Assembly: GCF_000143415.4 (NCBI RefSeq)
Contig: NW_003314300.1
Location: 360,385 to 424,384 of the forward strand
Source of the DNA: Selaginella moellendorffii
Taxonomy: Eukaryota; Plantae; Lycopodiophyta
Length of the DNA stretch: 64,000 nt
Reading direction: 5' to 3'
Part shown: positions 1 through 10,681 of the stretch, piece after piece
Layout: each line of letters starts with the position of its first letter
How positions within the stretch are numbered: the first letter of the stretch is position 1
Position numbers and translations under genes: made by a program
Notes under the pieces: generated by a model
Seen by the model: the letters and a program-made list of their open reading frames with translations, nothing else
What the model was told of the DNA's origin: nothing
The model's database searches: none

Positions 1-209
1 CACCTGAATTAGTGATTTTAGACTCCGACAATGAAGCTCAACCATCACCAGCTCGACAACAATGCCAAGACTCAATACCAGAAAACGGACAGACAAATCG
101 TCAAACATCGACATTGACACCAGAACACAATTCGGCAAACTTTGACAAAATCCAAGCAGTCGCAGAGACTATCCTCAACCAAAATATTCAGATCACCATC
201 GGCCAACTG
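1..209 (+). repeat. Direct repeat of gag segment 1256-1464 (internal duplication, offset 1255 bp)
   Basis: CACCTGAATTAGTGATTTTAGACTCC...ATCGGCCAACTG is near-identical at both places. Confidence 0.95.
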
Positions 210-285
210 AGAAGCAGCGACACACATCAACCTTGCCACATATCTCAAATTCGCAAGAGCCCTTCAAGATGTTCAAGCTCGACGA

Positions 286-3200
286 ATGACAACACAAGTA
301 GATGACACGGATAACTCAGATTCTGATAGCAGTTCCAACGACGACTCCGATGATGAACTCAGAGAGAGCACCAAGTCAAAACTTCGGAAACTTAGGAAAA
401 CAATTGACAAGCTCAAGGGAAAAGCCAAGGCCGACATCAAAGAATTTCGATCTGGAATTTGGTGTACTAAGTGCAAGAACGAAGGACATCCGGCAAGTGA
501 CTGCAAGCTCCAAATCTCCAAATGCCAGATCTGTACCAAAGAAGGTCACGACGCCAAGACTTGTAGATTTCGAAATTCTCCAGAAGTTCGACAAGTCTCG
601 AACTATCCCCGACAGCAGTTTCGACAACCATATCCAAATCAATACTTCGACAATTACCAGCCACCACCTCTGACAAACTGGAGACCACCGAGAAACAACT
701 TCCAACACCAGAGTCGACAATGGAATGATCAACCTCGCTATAACAACTACAACAATTACAACGACTACAACAACTACTACAACAATCGACAACACCCGCC
801 GAACCGGAACTACCCAGCAAACCGAGACAACAACAACCAAGGATACCAACAATACCCAAGATACCAGAACCCAAGATACCAAGGCCAAGGTTATCAAGAC
901 CAGGCCTACCAAGGCAACTACAACAACCGACCATGGCAACCTCGACTTCAAAACCAAGGCGGTTCGTCGAGACTTGGTCCACCGCCTCCTCGACAACAAG
1001 ATCAGAACCAGCAGCAACCACCAACAACAAGGATGGTCGAGACCGACGAACTACCTTATGCCGACAATGACGACTCAGATCCTCAAGTCATGGCAGTACA
1101 AACCCGAGCACAAATTCGAGCAGAAAAACAACAACAACCGGACAGAGATTCCGGAGATAGTGAAGAGAAAGGCCCTGAGAGCCCGACAAAACTCCGGGAA
1201 TGGAAAAAGAAGCAGAAGTTAGCTGCCAAGATACAGCAGAAACTCGCTCTACAACCACCCGAATTAGTGATTTTAGACTCCGACAATGAAGCTCAACCAT
1301 CACCAGCTCGACAACAATGCCAAGACTCAATACCAGAAAACGGACAGACAAATCATCCAACATCGACACCGACACCAAAACACAATTCGGCAAACTTCGA
1401 CAAAATCCAAGCAGTCGCAGAGACTATCCTCAACCAAAATATTCAGATCACCATCGGCCAACTGCTGAAGATTGCACCCTACCTCACCAAACAGCTCACC
1501 GATCTGACATCTGCACCGACCAACACTTTGATAGACTCGCCCACACTCAACTCGACACAGACAGCTGTTGACACATTTCGAACCGAGATTCAACCAGGCG
1601 ATTGTGACAATGATGTTCCGACAATCGACCTACGACTCGACAAACATCTTGTTCGAGGAGCCATAATTGACGGCGGCTCCAGCGTTAATATTATTGAAGA
1701 AAGTCTTGTTCAACAACTCAACATCGGCCCAGTTCACCCAGCACCTTTCAATGTCTGAATGGCCAACCACCGATCTGTTCAACCCAAAGGCATCATCCGA
1801 AAAGTCAACACCACCATTCAAGGCGTCAAAATACCAGTCAACTATGTCATCCTCAAACTACCGGAGCAGACCGACGGATACTCAATTCTCCTCGGTCGAC
1901 CTTGGCTCCGAACTGCCCAAGTTTATCAAGATTGGCCCAATGACAATCTTATCCTTCACGGACCAGACGGACCAACAACTGTGTCGACAAAAGCGACTAA
2001 ATCGCTGTCCAGCCACAACCGACCTATTGACTTGGAAGAATATAATCTCGAAGATGGCCTCGACGACTATCAAGAACAACAAATTCTCAAAGCCTACCCC
2101 GATCTCGAACCTTTGGCCAAGATCGACCTCTTCCGAATTGTCGCCGACTTCCAACGAGAACAACCCCCGATTACATCAGCACTGAAAAATCCAGTCACTC
2201 GAGATACAAAACTCGAAGCGCCACCGGCATTCACAGTCGACAACCACAACAAAGTTGCCTACATTCCGTCAATTCCAGCAGACCAAAAACTCGAAAAAGT
2301 CAGCCTTGCCGACGACGGCAACGAACACTACATTGTACTCGCCACTGACATCTCGGCAAGTTTTCGAGACAAAGGCATCAATCTTCTCCGAAAGAAGAAA
2401 CACTTGTTCGCTTGGAGTTATCGAGACCTTAAGGGAGTTTTGCCAAAACTCAGCCTTCACACCATCACCCTTCTTCCAGACTCAAAACCAAGAAGACAAG
2501 CAGCCTACCGGATGAATCCAAATCTGATGGAACAAGTAAAGGAAGAACTCGACAAGCTTCTCCAAGTCGAGTACATCTACCCAATTCAGAATCCGATATG
2601 GCTTTTACCACTGGTGGTTGTACCGAAGAAAAATGGCAAACTTCAAATCTGCGTCAACTATAAACAGCTCAACGACGCCACCAAAAAAGATGTCTTCCCG
2701 ATACCATTTACCGACGAAGTTCTTGACGCAGTCGCCGGACACGAGATGTATTCCTTCCTCGATGGTTTCTCCGGCTACAACCAAATTCACATCGCCGAAG
2801 AAGATCAGCACAAGACAGCATTCATCAGTCCATGGGGAGCCTATGCTTATTGACGAATGCCTTTTGGACTCTGCAACGCCCCATTCACCTTCCAAAGGCT
2901 TGTTACCAACACTTTCCGAGACTACCTCACTGACTTCATGAGAGTCTTCATGGACGACTTCAGCGTTTTCAGCTCGGAAGATCAACATCTTGAATGCCTG
3001 GAGAAATGCCTCAACAAGTGTGAGGAGAACAACATAGCACTCAACCCCGACAAATGCGCTTTCTTCGTCAAATCTGGAGTACTCCTCGGCCACGTTGTCT
3101 GCAAAGATGGCATTCTCATCGACAAGGACAAAGTTGACATCATCTCCAAACTTGAACTGCCGAAGAACCAGAAAGAACTTCGGCGCTTCCTCGGCAAAGT

Positions 3201-5090
3201 CGGATATCACCGACGATTCATCCACAAGTATGCTCACATTGCCAAACCACTCACCGATGGACTAAAACAAGATGCCCAATGGACATGGACGTCCGAACAG
3301 CAACAAGCATTCGACAATCTCCGACTCAAACTAACAACAGCACCGATCCTTGCCAAGCCCGACTGGACACAAGAGTTCCACATTCATGTCGACACTTCCG
3401 ACGTCGCCACTGGTGCAATTCTGAGCCAAACTCAACACGACAACCGAGATCAACCGATCTACTACGCCAGCCGACTACTCAACCCAGCTGAACGAAATTA
3501 CACCACTACCGAGAAAGAAGCTCTCGGCATGATCTACTCACTTCAGAAGTTTCGACACTACATACTGTCAACCAAAGTCGTAATTTTTGTCGACCACAAG
3601 GCACTCCTTTACCTCATCAACAAGCCGATATTATCTGGTCGAATATCAAAATGGTTCCTTTTACTACAAGAATACAACTTTGAGATCGTCCACAAACCCG
3701 GCAAAAATCACGAGCAAGCAGATTATCTCAGCCGGATCACCACCGGCGATAAACCCGAAAGACTTACCGATGACTTACCCGACTCAAACCTATTCCGAGT
3801 TTCAATACCAGCAACCTGGCTCGACGACGTCTTCAGTTACCTGCACTCAGCAAAAGTTCCAGATCAGTACACTATGTCCGACCAAAAGAAGACTTTTGTT
3901 GCTAAAACCCGACGATACTCAGTCATCGGAGGCACTCTCTACAAACTAGGAATTGACAACATTCTTCGCCGATGCATCAAGCCGCCAACCACAACTCAAA
4001 TCATCAAGGAAGCTCATGATGGACCTTCCAGCGGACACTTCGCCGCTGACACCACAACTCGGAAGATTCTTCAAGCCGGCCTCTGGTGGCTGACACTCTG
4101 GCATGACACTGAAGAATTCTGCAAACGCTGCGACACATGTCAAAGACACCGACTACCACCAAAAACTCAGACTCAACAACTCAACCCAACATTCCCAATG
4201 GCACCATTTCAGAAATGGGGACTTGACTTCATCGGACCCCAAGTCAGCACCCATCGACGAAATCAGTACATCATTGTCGCCACCGATTACACTACCAAGT
4301 GGGCCGAAGCAATACCTCTCCGACATGCCACAGCGAAAGCAACAGCAACCTTCATCTACGAAAATATCATCACTCGTTTCAGCACACCACTCGAACTCGT
4401 CACCGACAGAGGCACCCACTTCATCAATCAAACAATCGAACATCTCGCCACCGAGTTCAAAATCCGACACAAAACGTCGACACCATACTATCCTCAAGGC
4501 AACGGTCAAGCAGAAGCAACAAACAAAACACTAAAGACCATCCTCAAAAAAAGTCATCAACGATTCCGGCAAAGACTGGGACGACAAACTTCTTGACGTA
4601 CTTTGGGCCTATCGCACTGCGTATAAAGTCACCACTGACATGACGCCATTCAAACTCGCCTTTGGAACAGAAGCCATCACACCAATTGAATTCATCATCC
4701 CAAGCATGTGAATCACCGTCAAGTATAATCTCGACACCCGACATGCAGTTCGAGAAAGGCTTCAGCAACTAGAACATCTCGACGAACTCCGACTCAATGC
4801 CCTCTGGACACTTCATGCCATCCAAAAACAAAGAAAAGCTCGGCACGATCGACAAGCATCCCAGCATAACATTCCCAAATACAGCGTCGACGACCATGTT
4901 CTCTGGTACCGAGGACCCATCGGCAAACTTGGCCGAATACTCCACACCAACTGGCAAGGACCTTTCAAAATCATTGAACTATACCCCAACGGCACCGCCA
5001 AAGTCAGCACACTCGCCGAAGACTTCACTAAGATCGTCAACCTCAACAAGCTTCGACCATATCACGTCAACATATTCAACATCAGCACCT
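286..5090 (+). pseudogene. gag-pol polyprotein, broken by TGA at 1756, 2851 and 4709 and a frameshift in the A-run at ~4546-4552
   Basis: ORFs 286-1758, 1759-2853 and 2857-4596 are in frame across single stops (PFNV*MAN, AYAY*RMPFGL). Integrase continues in another frame after the A7 run (DWDDKLLDVLWAYRTAYK). Confidence 0.92.
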
Positions 5091-5482
5091 CAACAAATTT
5101 CAGACCCAAACCGACAAACACCCCAAAACCAACAATCAACACTCACCCCAATAGACAAACTTTAACTCAAATCAGTTCGACACAACTCAACTCAACTCAA
5201 CACGAACTCATCCACCAACTTCAGCAACAAACAGCAGCAAAAATCTGTAAGTCCCAAGCTACCGTTGGATCAACGCCACCTGAGCAAATATCAACAGTTG
5301 AACTTGAGTTAACTTCATGACCAATATCCACCATTGATTTGCAATCAAGCCAAATCAAACCACATCAATTCCGTCAACAAATCTCGACCGTTCATCACCA
5401 GCAATCGAGCGCCGCACGATCAGCCAACCAACAGTTACAGGTTTCAAGAACCCTAACGAGGCGAGCACTTCGATCGCAGAAA

Positions 5483-7480
5483 ATGAAGAGAAAGATGCCA
5501 GCTCATCCACCCCAACGCCTCAGATACGTCATACACCATATTCCTAGGCTTCCCAGCAACGACACAACCACCTGGCTCAAGGACCATGGATTCGAGCTCC
5601 TCCACAAGGCCTTTTCAACACACCCTGATCAAAAACTAGCGAGGAAACTGGCAGCCTCCTTCAACCCCAAGAACAACACCATAACCGATGGCACCAACGA
5701 GATCACCCTCAGCCCAGCAAGAATCGCTTCTGTTTTCAAAATCTCCAACAAGGGACTGCTCAAATTTTCAGGAGAAGTTCCACAGCAAATCATCAAGGCC
5801 AATCGAGAAATTACCGGTGAGCTCACATGGGAGGACATCGAGGAGCAGCATATGGATCGACTCAAAGCCCTCCTCCTCTACTACAAACTTCGCCCAACAG
5901 ATCGCACCATCGGCAAGCGCACAGCAGAAGTCTACGGAGCTCTACTCGACGGCAAACGTGTGAACGTGGCTCATCATCTCCACGAGCTCCCTCTCAAGCT
6001 TCTTGACTGCGCCATCCTCACCACACTCAACAAGAAGACCATGCGCACAGTAATCTTCCCACTGCTGATCGCTCTACACGAAGCTCTTCCCAACAAGCAA
6101 CCGTGGACAACCCAAACGAACTCCACAGAACAAAGTGACAGCTCCGAAGAACACTCAGAATCAGAAGGAGCAACTCCCAGCAAGAAACCAAAGCCAGCAT
6201 CTCAACAATCAGGCTCAACTCACTCCAACAACACTAGCTCCAGCAACAAACACTCCAACAATTCAACTCCACTTCGCCGCCGCTTCACACGCAAAACACC
6301 AGTGAATCCAGCTCCCAAACCCTTGATCCGAGAGCACCTCATCATCAGTGACAAGGAACACAACTCACACCACCATCAACAATCACCCCAGAGCCCGCAT
6401 CCACTCGAATCAGCCCCAAAACCGACAACTTCTCACAAACACATCAACATCGCCAAAGAAAAACGTCAGCTGATCGCCCAAAACTCAATTTCTACACCAG
6501 CTGAGAACAACATTCTCAACACCCCGACCTCCTTGACACGTTCCACAAAAGAAAACATTGACTACCTTCGCCAATCACTTGAAGAACACGCAACCATGTC
6601 TCCTCCAGCAAATACCACGACCAGCATTCACAAAAATTCCGCCCCTTCAACAAAATTCCAAGCGAAAAATTTTTCAACGGATAAATTAATTTCAGTGCCA
6701 CATCTGGGCCGTTCATCCACCATCAAACTGAAAAGCTCATCTCCAACCACCTCAAAGAATCTGGCCCAACCACGTCACCCACATCCAACGAAGCATATTC
6801 AGCCTCCAGCAACTTCAACTCCCGGGACCAAGAACAGAGCGAACCCTAGCGAGAAACACCAGGATCACCGAGCAGGAGCAGGAGCAGCAACCATGCCTCA
6901 GCCACAGAGTCAGGTACGCCGTGATTATGACGAGATCAGGAAGGAGTACGAAGATAAACTTCGCGACCCAAGCTACTGCACCCGCAAGTTGTTTGAAGCC
7001 CTGGATCAACGCATGCACCGCGAGCAAGCAAACTACTTCCCAACACCAGCCGACATTGCACAGCATCTTCTCAATCAAGACTCCTTCATATACACCCGGG
7101 GAGCGATCAAGAAGGAATTTTATGAGCCTTTAAACCACCGGCTGGATACTCAGATTGAAGAGATGAAGCAGATCCGCACTGACCTCCGGGACATCAGGAA
7201 GATCGTCTCTAAGCAGCCATCAACCCCATCAGCAGCTCACGAATTCACCTACAAATTCAAATACGAAGAGCTCAACACCCGCTACCGGAAACTCGAGGAT
7301 GATCATACCGCCCTGCTGGCTGAGGTAGCCGACCTCCAGGAAGATGGGACAGATCCACCAGACAGTGTCCCTAACCACGAGCTTACACTCCCACAGCAAA
7401 AACGTCGCCTCTATCGACTTGAACAGCAGCAGCAACAAGCGATGGAAACTGACTATGTTCGCACCGAGGACGGTGTCTAG
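5483..7480 (+). CDS. Retrotransposon extra ORF (env-position ORF3), ~665 aa, unknown function; weak mobile-domain-like N-terminus, disordered middle, coiled-coil C-terminus
   Basis: Uninterrupted ORF between integrase and PPT, first ATG at 5483. Motif 'SFNPKNNTI...EITLSPARIASVFKI' at the N-terminus and heptad-like helices (YEELNTRYRKLEDDHTALLAEVADLQE) at the C-terminus. Confidence 0.75.
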   Translation: MKRKMPAHPPQRLRYVIHHIPRLPSNDTTTWLKDHGFELLHKAFSTHPDQKLARKLAASFNPKNNTITDGTNEITLSPARIASVFKISNKGLLKFSGEVPQQIIKANREITGELTWEDIEEQHMDRLKALLLYYKLRPTDRTIGKRTAEVYGALLDGKRVNVAHHLHELPLKLLDCAILTTLNKKTMRTVIFPLLIALHEALPNKQPWTTQTNSTEQSDSSEEHSESEGATPSKKPKPASQQSGSTHSNNTSSSNKHSNNSTPLRRRFTRKTPVNPAPKPLIREHLIISDKEHNSHHHQQSPQSPHPLESAPKPTTSHKHINIAKEKRQLIAQNSISTPAENNILNTPTSLTRSTKENIDYLRQSLEEHATMSPPANTTTSIHKNSAPSTKFQAKNFSTDKLISVPHLGRSSTIKLKSSSPTTSKNLAQPRHPHPTKHIQPPATSTPGTKNRANPSEKHQDHRAGAGAATMPQPQSQVRRDYDEIRKEYEDKLRDPSYCTRKLFEALDQRMHREQANYFPTPADIAQHLLNQDSFIYTRGAIKKEFYEPLNHRLDTQIEEMKQIRTDLRDIRKIVSKQPSTPSAAHEFTYKFKYEELNTRYRKLEDDHTALLAEVADLQEDGTDPPDSVPNHELTLPQQKRRLYRLEQQQQQAMETDYVRTEDGV

Positions 7481-7487
7481 TTTTGTC

Positions 7488-7499
7488 AGGGGAGCAGAA
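7488..7499 (+). other. Polypurine tract of gypsy element
   Basis: AGGGGAGCAGAA lies directly before TGTAG and is preceded by the CGAGGACG motif common upstream of gypsy PPTs. Confidence 0.75.
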
Positions 7500-7752
7500 T
7501 GTAGCAACCAAAAACCCAGGTTCAGGGGACTCCGACTTTGAACCCAGGGCTGCATCGGAGCCATAGATTAAATCATGCACAGCATATAGTATATGCTAGC
7601 AGTTAGAACCGCTAGCCTTTCAAAAGGGGGAATCCGAATTGTGAATCCCTATCTCCATTCCATTGTTTTTCTTATCAATACACAGCATTCTTTTACTCGT
7701 GCTTCTTCTCTGCCCTTGGAGATCGGGACCTTCTCTCTTTTGTTTTCTTACA
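7500..7752 (+). repeat. Putative 3' LTR (253 bp)
   Basis: Starts TGTAGC right after the PPT and ends CTTACA (TGTA...TACA). The 5' LTR is not in the window, so the end is unconfirmed. Confidence 0.65.
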
Positions 7753-7789
7753 AACAATAGATTTCCAGCGAAGAAGAGTTTTCACACCT

Positions 7790-10192
7790 CTTCAGTTGCT
7801 CTGCTCCAGGGATTGTCGAGCTCTTCGAAGTCTGGGTTTAGCACAAGCATGATAAACACGATCAGCTCGAGAGCCATGGAGTTTCTGTGTTCTACTGGGG
7901 GAGATGTTTCGACCACGGACGATTTAGGTGTTGCCACAGCACTGGTGAAATGCTTTGGAAGTCACAGGAGAATCAATGAAACTGAGGTGTTTGAGAGATT
8001 TTGACACTATAGGTTCGACTTGGTGCTCTGGAACGCCATGGTATGGGCTTATGCCGATCCCGAAGAAGCTCTGTTCGTGCTGAAAATGATGGATCTGGAA
8101 GGTGATAAGGATGATACGTTCACGTTCGCGACTGTTTTAACTGCGTGTGCTACCAGTTGCGAGCATGCATTGCTACAAACGAACTTTCTTCACGATCGAG
8201 CGACCAGTTTGGGGCTTGGATCCGATCCAGTTGTGGTAGCAGCAGTTATCAACTCGTACTCCAAGTCCCAGAGGCTCGGGCTTGCAAGGAGCACTTTCGA
8301 AGGACTTGCGACGGACAAACGAGATGCAGTGGTACGCACGATCAGGTCACATCCAAGGCGCTCTGGAGATCTTCTCCAAGATGGATCATCCGGACAAGAT
8401 CACAATCGCGCAGGTGCTGGATGCCTACACGGATCTGGCATGCCTCAGCCAGTGCAAGGCCGCTCATCGCGATTTCATGTCGCCAAACCAAGAGCTCGAG
8501 TCGGAGAAAATGGTGGCCAACGCTCTTGTAAACATGTACGCGAAGTGTGGAAGCCTGGAAGAGGCCAGGAGAGTTTTCGACAGGATGAGCTTGCAGTTCA
8601 GGAACATCGTCTCGTCATGATCTCGGCTTACGCCCAGCACGCCCGGAGCTCCGAGTCGATGGAGCTGTTCCAGAGGATGCAGCAGCAAGGAGTGGAGCCG
8701 AATCAAGTGACTTTCATCAGTATCTTGAGCTCTTGCAGCCACTCGGGCTTGATCGATCAAGCAGCGTACTGTTTCTACAGCATGGAGCAAGATCAGAGCT
8801 TGCTGGCGTCCCAGAGTCATCTGGTTCATATGGTTGATCTTCTCGGACGAGCTGGGATGCTCATGTTGAGGTATACGCTCTCTATGACATGATCCTAGGT
8901 GGCAGGAGTGTCACTTCATTGATCCAGGTGTAGGCTAAAGGTGTGTCTCTTCATCATGTATATATATCTATGATATGATATACAACTATCCTTTGAGTCA
9001 TCCACCATTGTAGCTTCTGCTCTTCTTCTCTTCATGGTATCATGGTATCGGAGCCCTGAGGGCTTCAGATCCAGGGACGATGGTGCTGGCCGAGGAAGAG
9101 GCTAGCGAGGATGACGATGAGCCACTGGACGTGGCTGAGAGGTGTCAAGATTTGGCACTGTGCTGTACTGAGTGCCAAGATAACGGCACTAGCGAGCTGA
9201 GCAAGGCGCTAAGGCGTGATCAAGCAGAGACCAGCCCAGAGGCGCTGTGGCGCGAGGCACTGGCCGAGCAGAGGTGAGCGCTGGGCACCCTGTAGGGTAG
9301 AGGCGCGAGACACCAAGGGCTGCAAGCAGAGGTGCGAAGGGATTGGAGTGCTGGGGCGCTGGTGGACTGGAAAGAGGTGCTGTCCAGAGGCAAGCAGGCA
9401 GAGGCGATGCTGAGTGTTGGGCTGTGAGAGGGCTCCATAGCAGAGGGAGAGAGCCATTAGGACTCTGGCCAAGGAGGCTTGGTCGAGGCTGAGCTTCAAC
9501 TGAGGACAGTGAGAGATCAGAGGATGTGATCGAGTAGAGACTGGCTGGCAGAGGCGCTGAGAGAGGAAAGACTGCGATCAGAGGCCGTGAAGGAGGCACT
9601 AGGGCGTGTGAGGCCCCGCAGAGACTCACCAGAGGTGAGTGCCGGGCGTAGAGGCACGAGGCACCGAGGGCTGGCCAAGCAGAGACTCCACTGGAGCGCT
9701 GAGTGAGGCGCTGCTGTGAGAAGGCACTGGCAGAGGCGCTGAGAGGAGGCACTGAGTAGAGACAGATTTCTGTCATGGATATGACCAAGTGCTTGGATGC
9801 AGAGGGAGAGTGATCTCAGATTCATGTCATCGAGATCGAGAGGGACTCCTATGTGGCAGAAGTGCCACTTCATTGATCCAGGTGTAGGCTAGAGGCAAGT
9901 CTCTTCATCATGTATATATATCTATAATATGATATACAACTATCCTTTGAGTCATCCACTATCGTAGCTTCCGCTCTTCTTCTTTTTAGCTCAAGCATGC
10001 ACAAGAGATTCGGGAGTCTAGCTCTTCTCGCAAAATCAAGGAATTGCCACCGTGCGCGATGGTGGAGAGCTTGCTTGGAGGATGCTACACGCAAGGAGAC
10101 CAAGAGATGGCCTCCAAGATTGTGGGAAGAGCGCTAGAATCTCCCTCGGCGTACATGAAATGTTCCAACATTCGTCAGGTCCAGGTATCCTG
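7790..10192 (+). pseudogene. PLS-class PPR pseudogene (frameshifted; interrupted by TRIM at 8864-9988)
   Basis: Motifs VLWNAMVWAYA, VANALVNMYAKCGSLEEARRVFDRM, PNQVTFISILSSCSHSGL and MVDLLGRAGML lie in shifting frames. The reading resumes after the insertion as KHAQEI...SLLGGC (E-domain-like). Confidence 0.88.
8864..9988 (+). mobile_element. Non-autonomous short-LTR element (TRIM-like), 1125 bp, TSD GCTCA
   Basis: 5' LTR 8864-9034 (TGTTGAG...CTTCA), PBS TGGTATCA-TGGTATCGGAGCC at 9035-9055, 5'-truncated 3' LTR ~9847-9988. GCTCA at 8859-8863 and 9989-9993. No RT or IN inside. Confidence 0.92.
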
Positions 10193-10681
10193 AAACCAAT
10201 CCTCATCCAAGAAACGGCGCATGACATCTTTCAGCTCTGGATCTCCCCGGCCCTTGACCCGTGACTCCAAGCGATCATGCTTCTCGGCCAGCTGTTCACC
10301 AAGCTCCTCGATCTGGTGATCGACTTCACTGTCTGGAATCGCTATTCTCTGCCATTGATTGCAGAACTGTTGGAAACAGATTGGGAGACCGACGATGGAC
10401 ACGAGCGCTACAAGCAGCAGGGTATCGTCAAGAGTCAACAATTCCTAATCGCAAGTCGTAGTTTTTTGGAATAGTCCCACGTTGTTGATAGCTCTGGAAC
10501 GAAGGCAAAATGAATTCAATTTACAGCACAGTTGCACTCGTCGTTAAATGCTTTGGGGCTTGAAGAAAGATTGAATTACTTTTGAAACTAAATTGAATAA
10601 AAACCGCTTTCTAAGGGTGGTTTATATTCATACCATATAGGGTGCAAGAAACATTTATTTCGTCGTTTATTTACCACCCAG

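Larger units (their letters stand above)
1..7752 (+). mobile_element. Ty3/gypsy LTR retrotransposon (non-chromovirus, Athila/Tat-side lineage), 5' part outside window, gag-pol inactivated
   Basis: Domain order gag (two CCHC knuckles) - PR (AIIDGGSSVN) - RT (VFMDDFSVF) - RNaseH (HVDTSD...EKEAL...DHKAL) - IN (H-H-C-C, WGLDFIGP, VTDRGTHF, GQAE) - extra ORF - PPT - LTR. No chromodomain seen. Confidence 0.95.

Noticed and set aside
376-1030. Val-rich minus-strand ORFs (213 and 187 aa)
   Set aside because: Antisense shadows of the AAC/CAA-rich gag.
1756-1758. Programmed stop-codon readthrough between gag and pol
   Set aside because: The stop lies inside the protease domain at an expected Arg, and similar stops occur in RT and IN, so it is better explained as CGA->TGA decay.
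7622-7632. AAAAGGGGGAA as the PPT
   Set aside because: It is not followed by TG. The tract at 7488-7499 directly precedes TGTAG and fits better.
9189-9788. 199-aa and overlapping ORFs inside the TRIM
   Set aside because: By-products of a GC-rich repeat interior with no recognisable domain.
10175-10474. Exon-like ORF at the outer edge of the inverted repeat
   Set aside because: Contains a stop and I cannot assign any family, so it is left uncalled.
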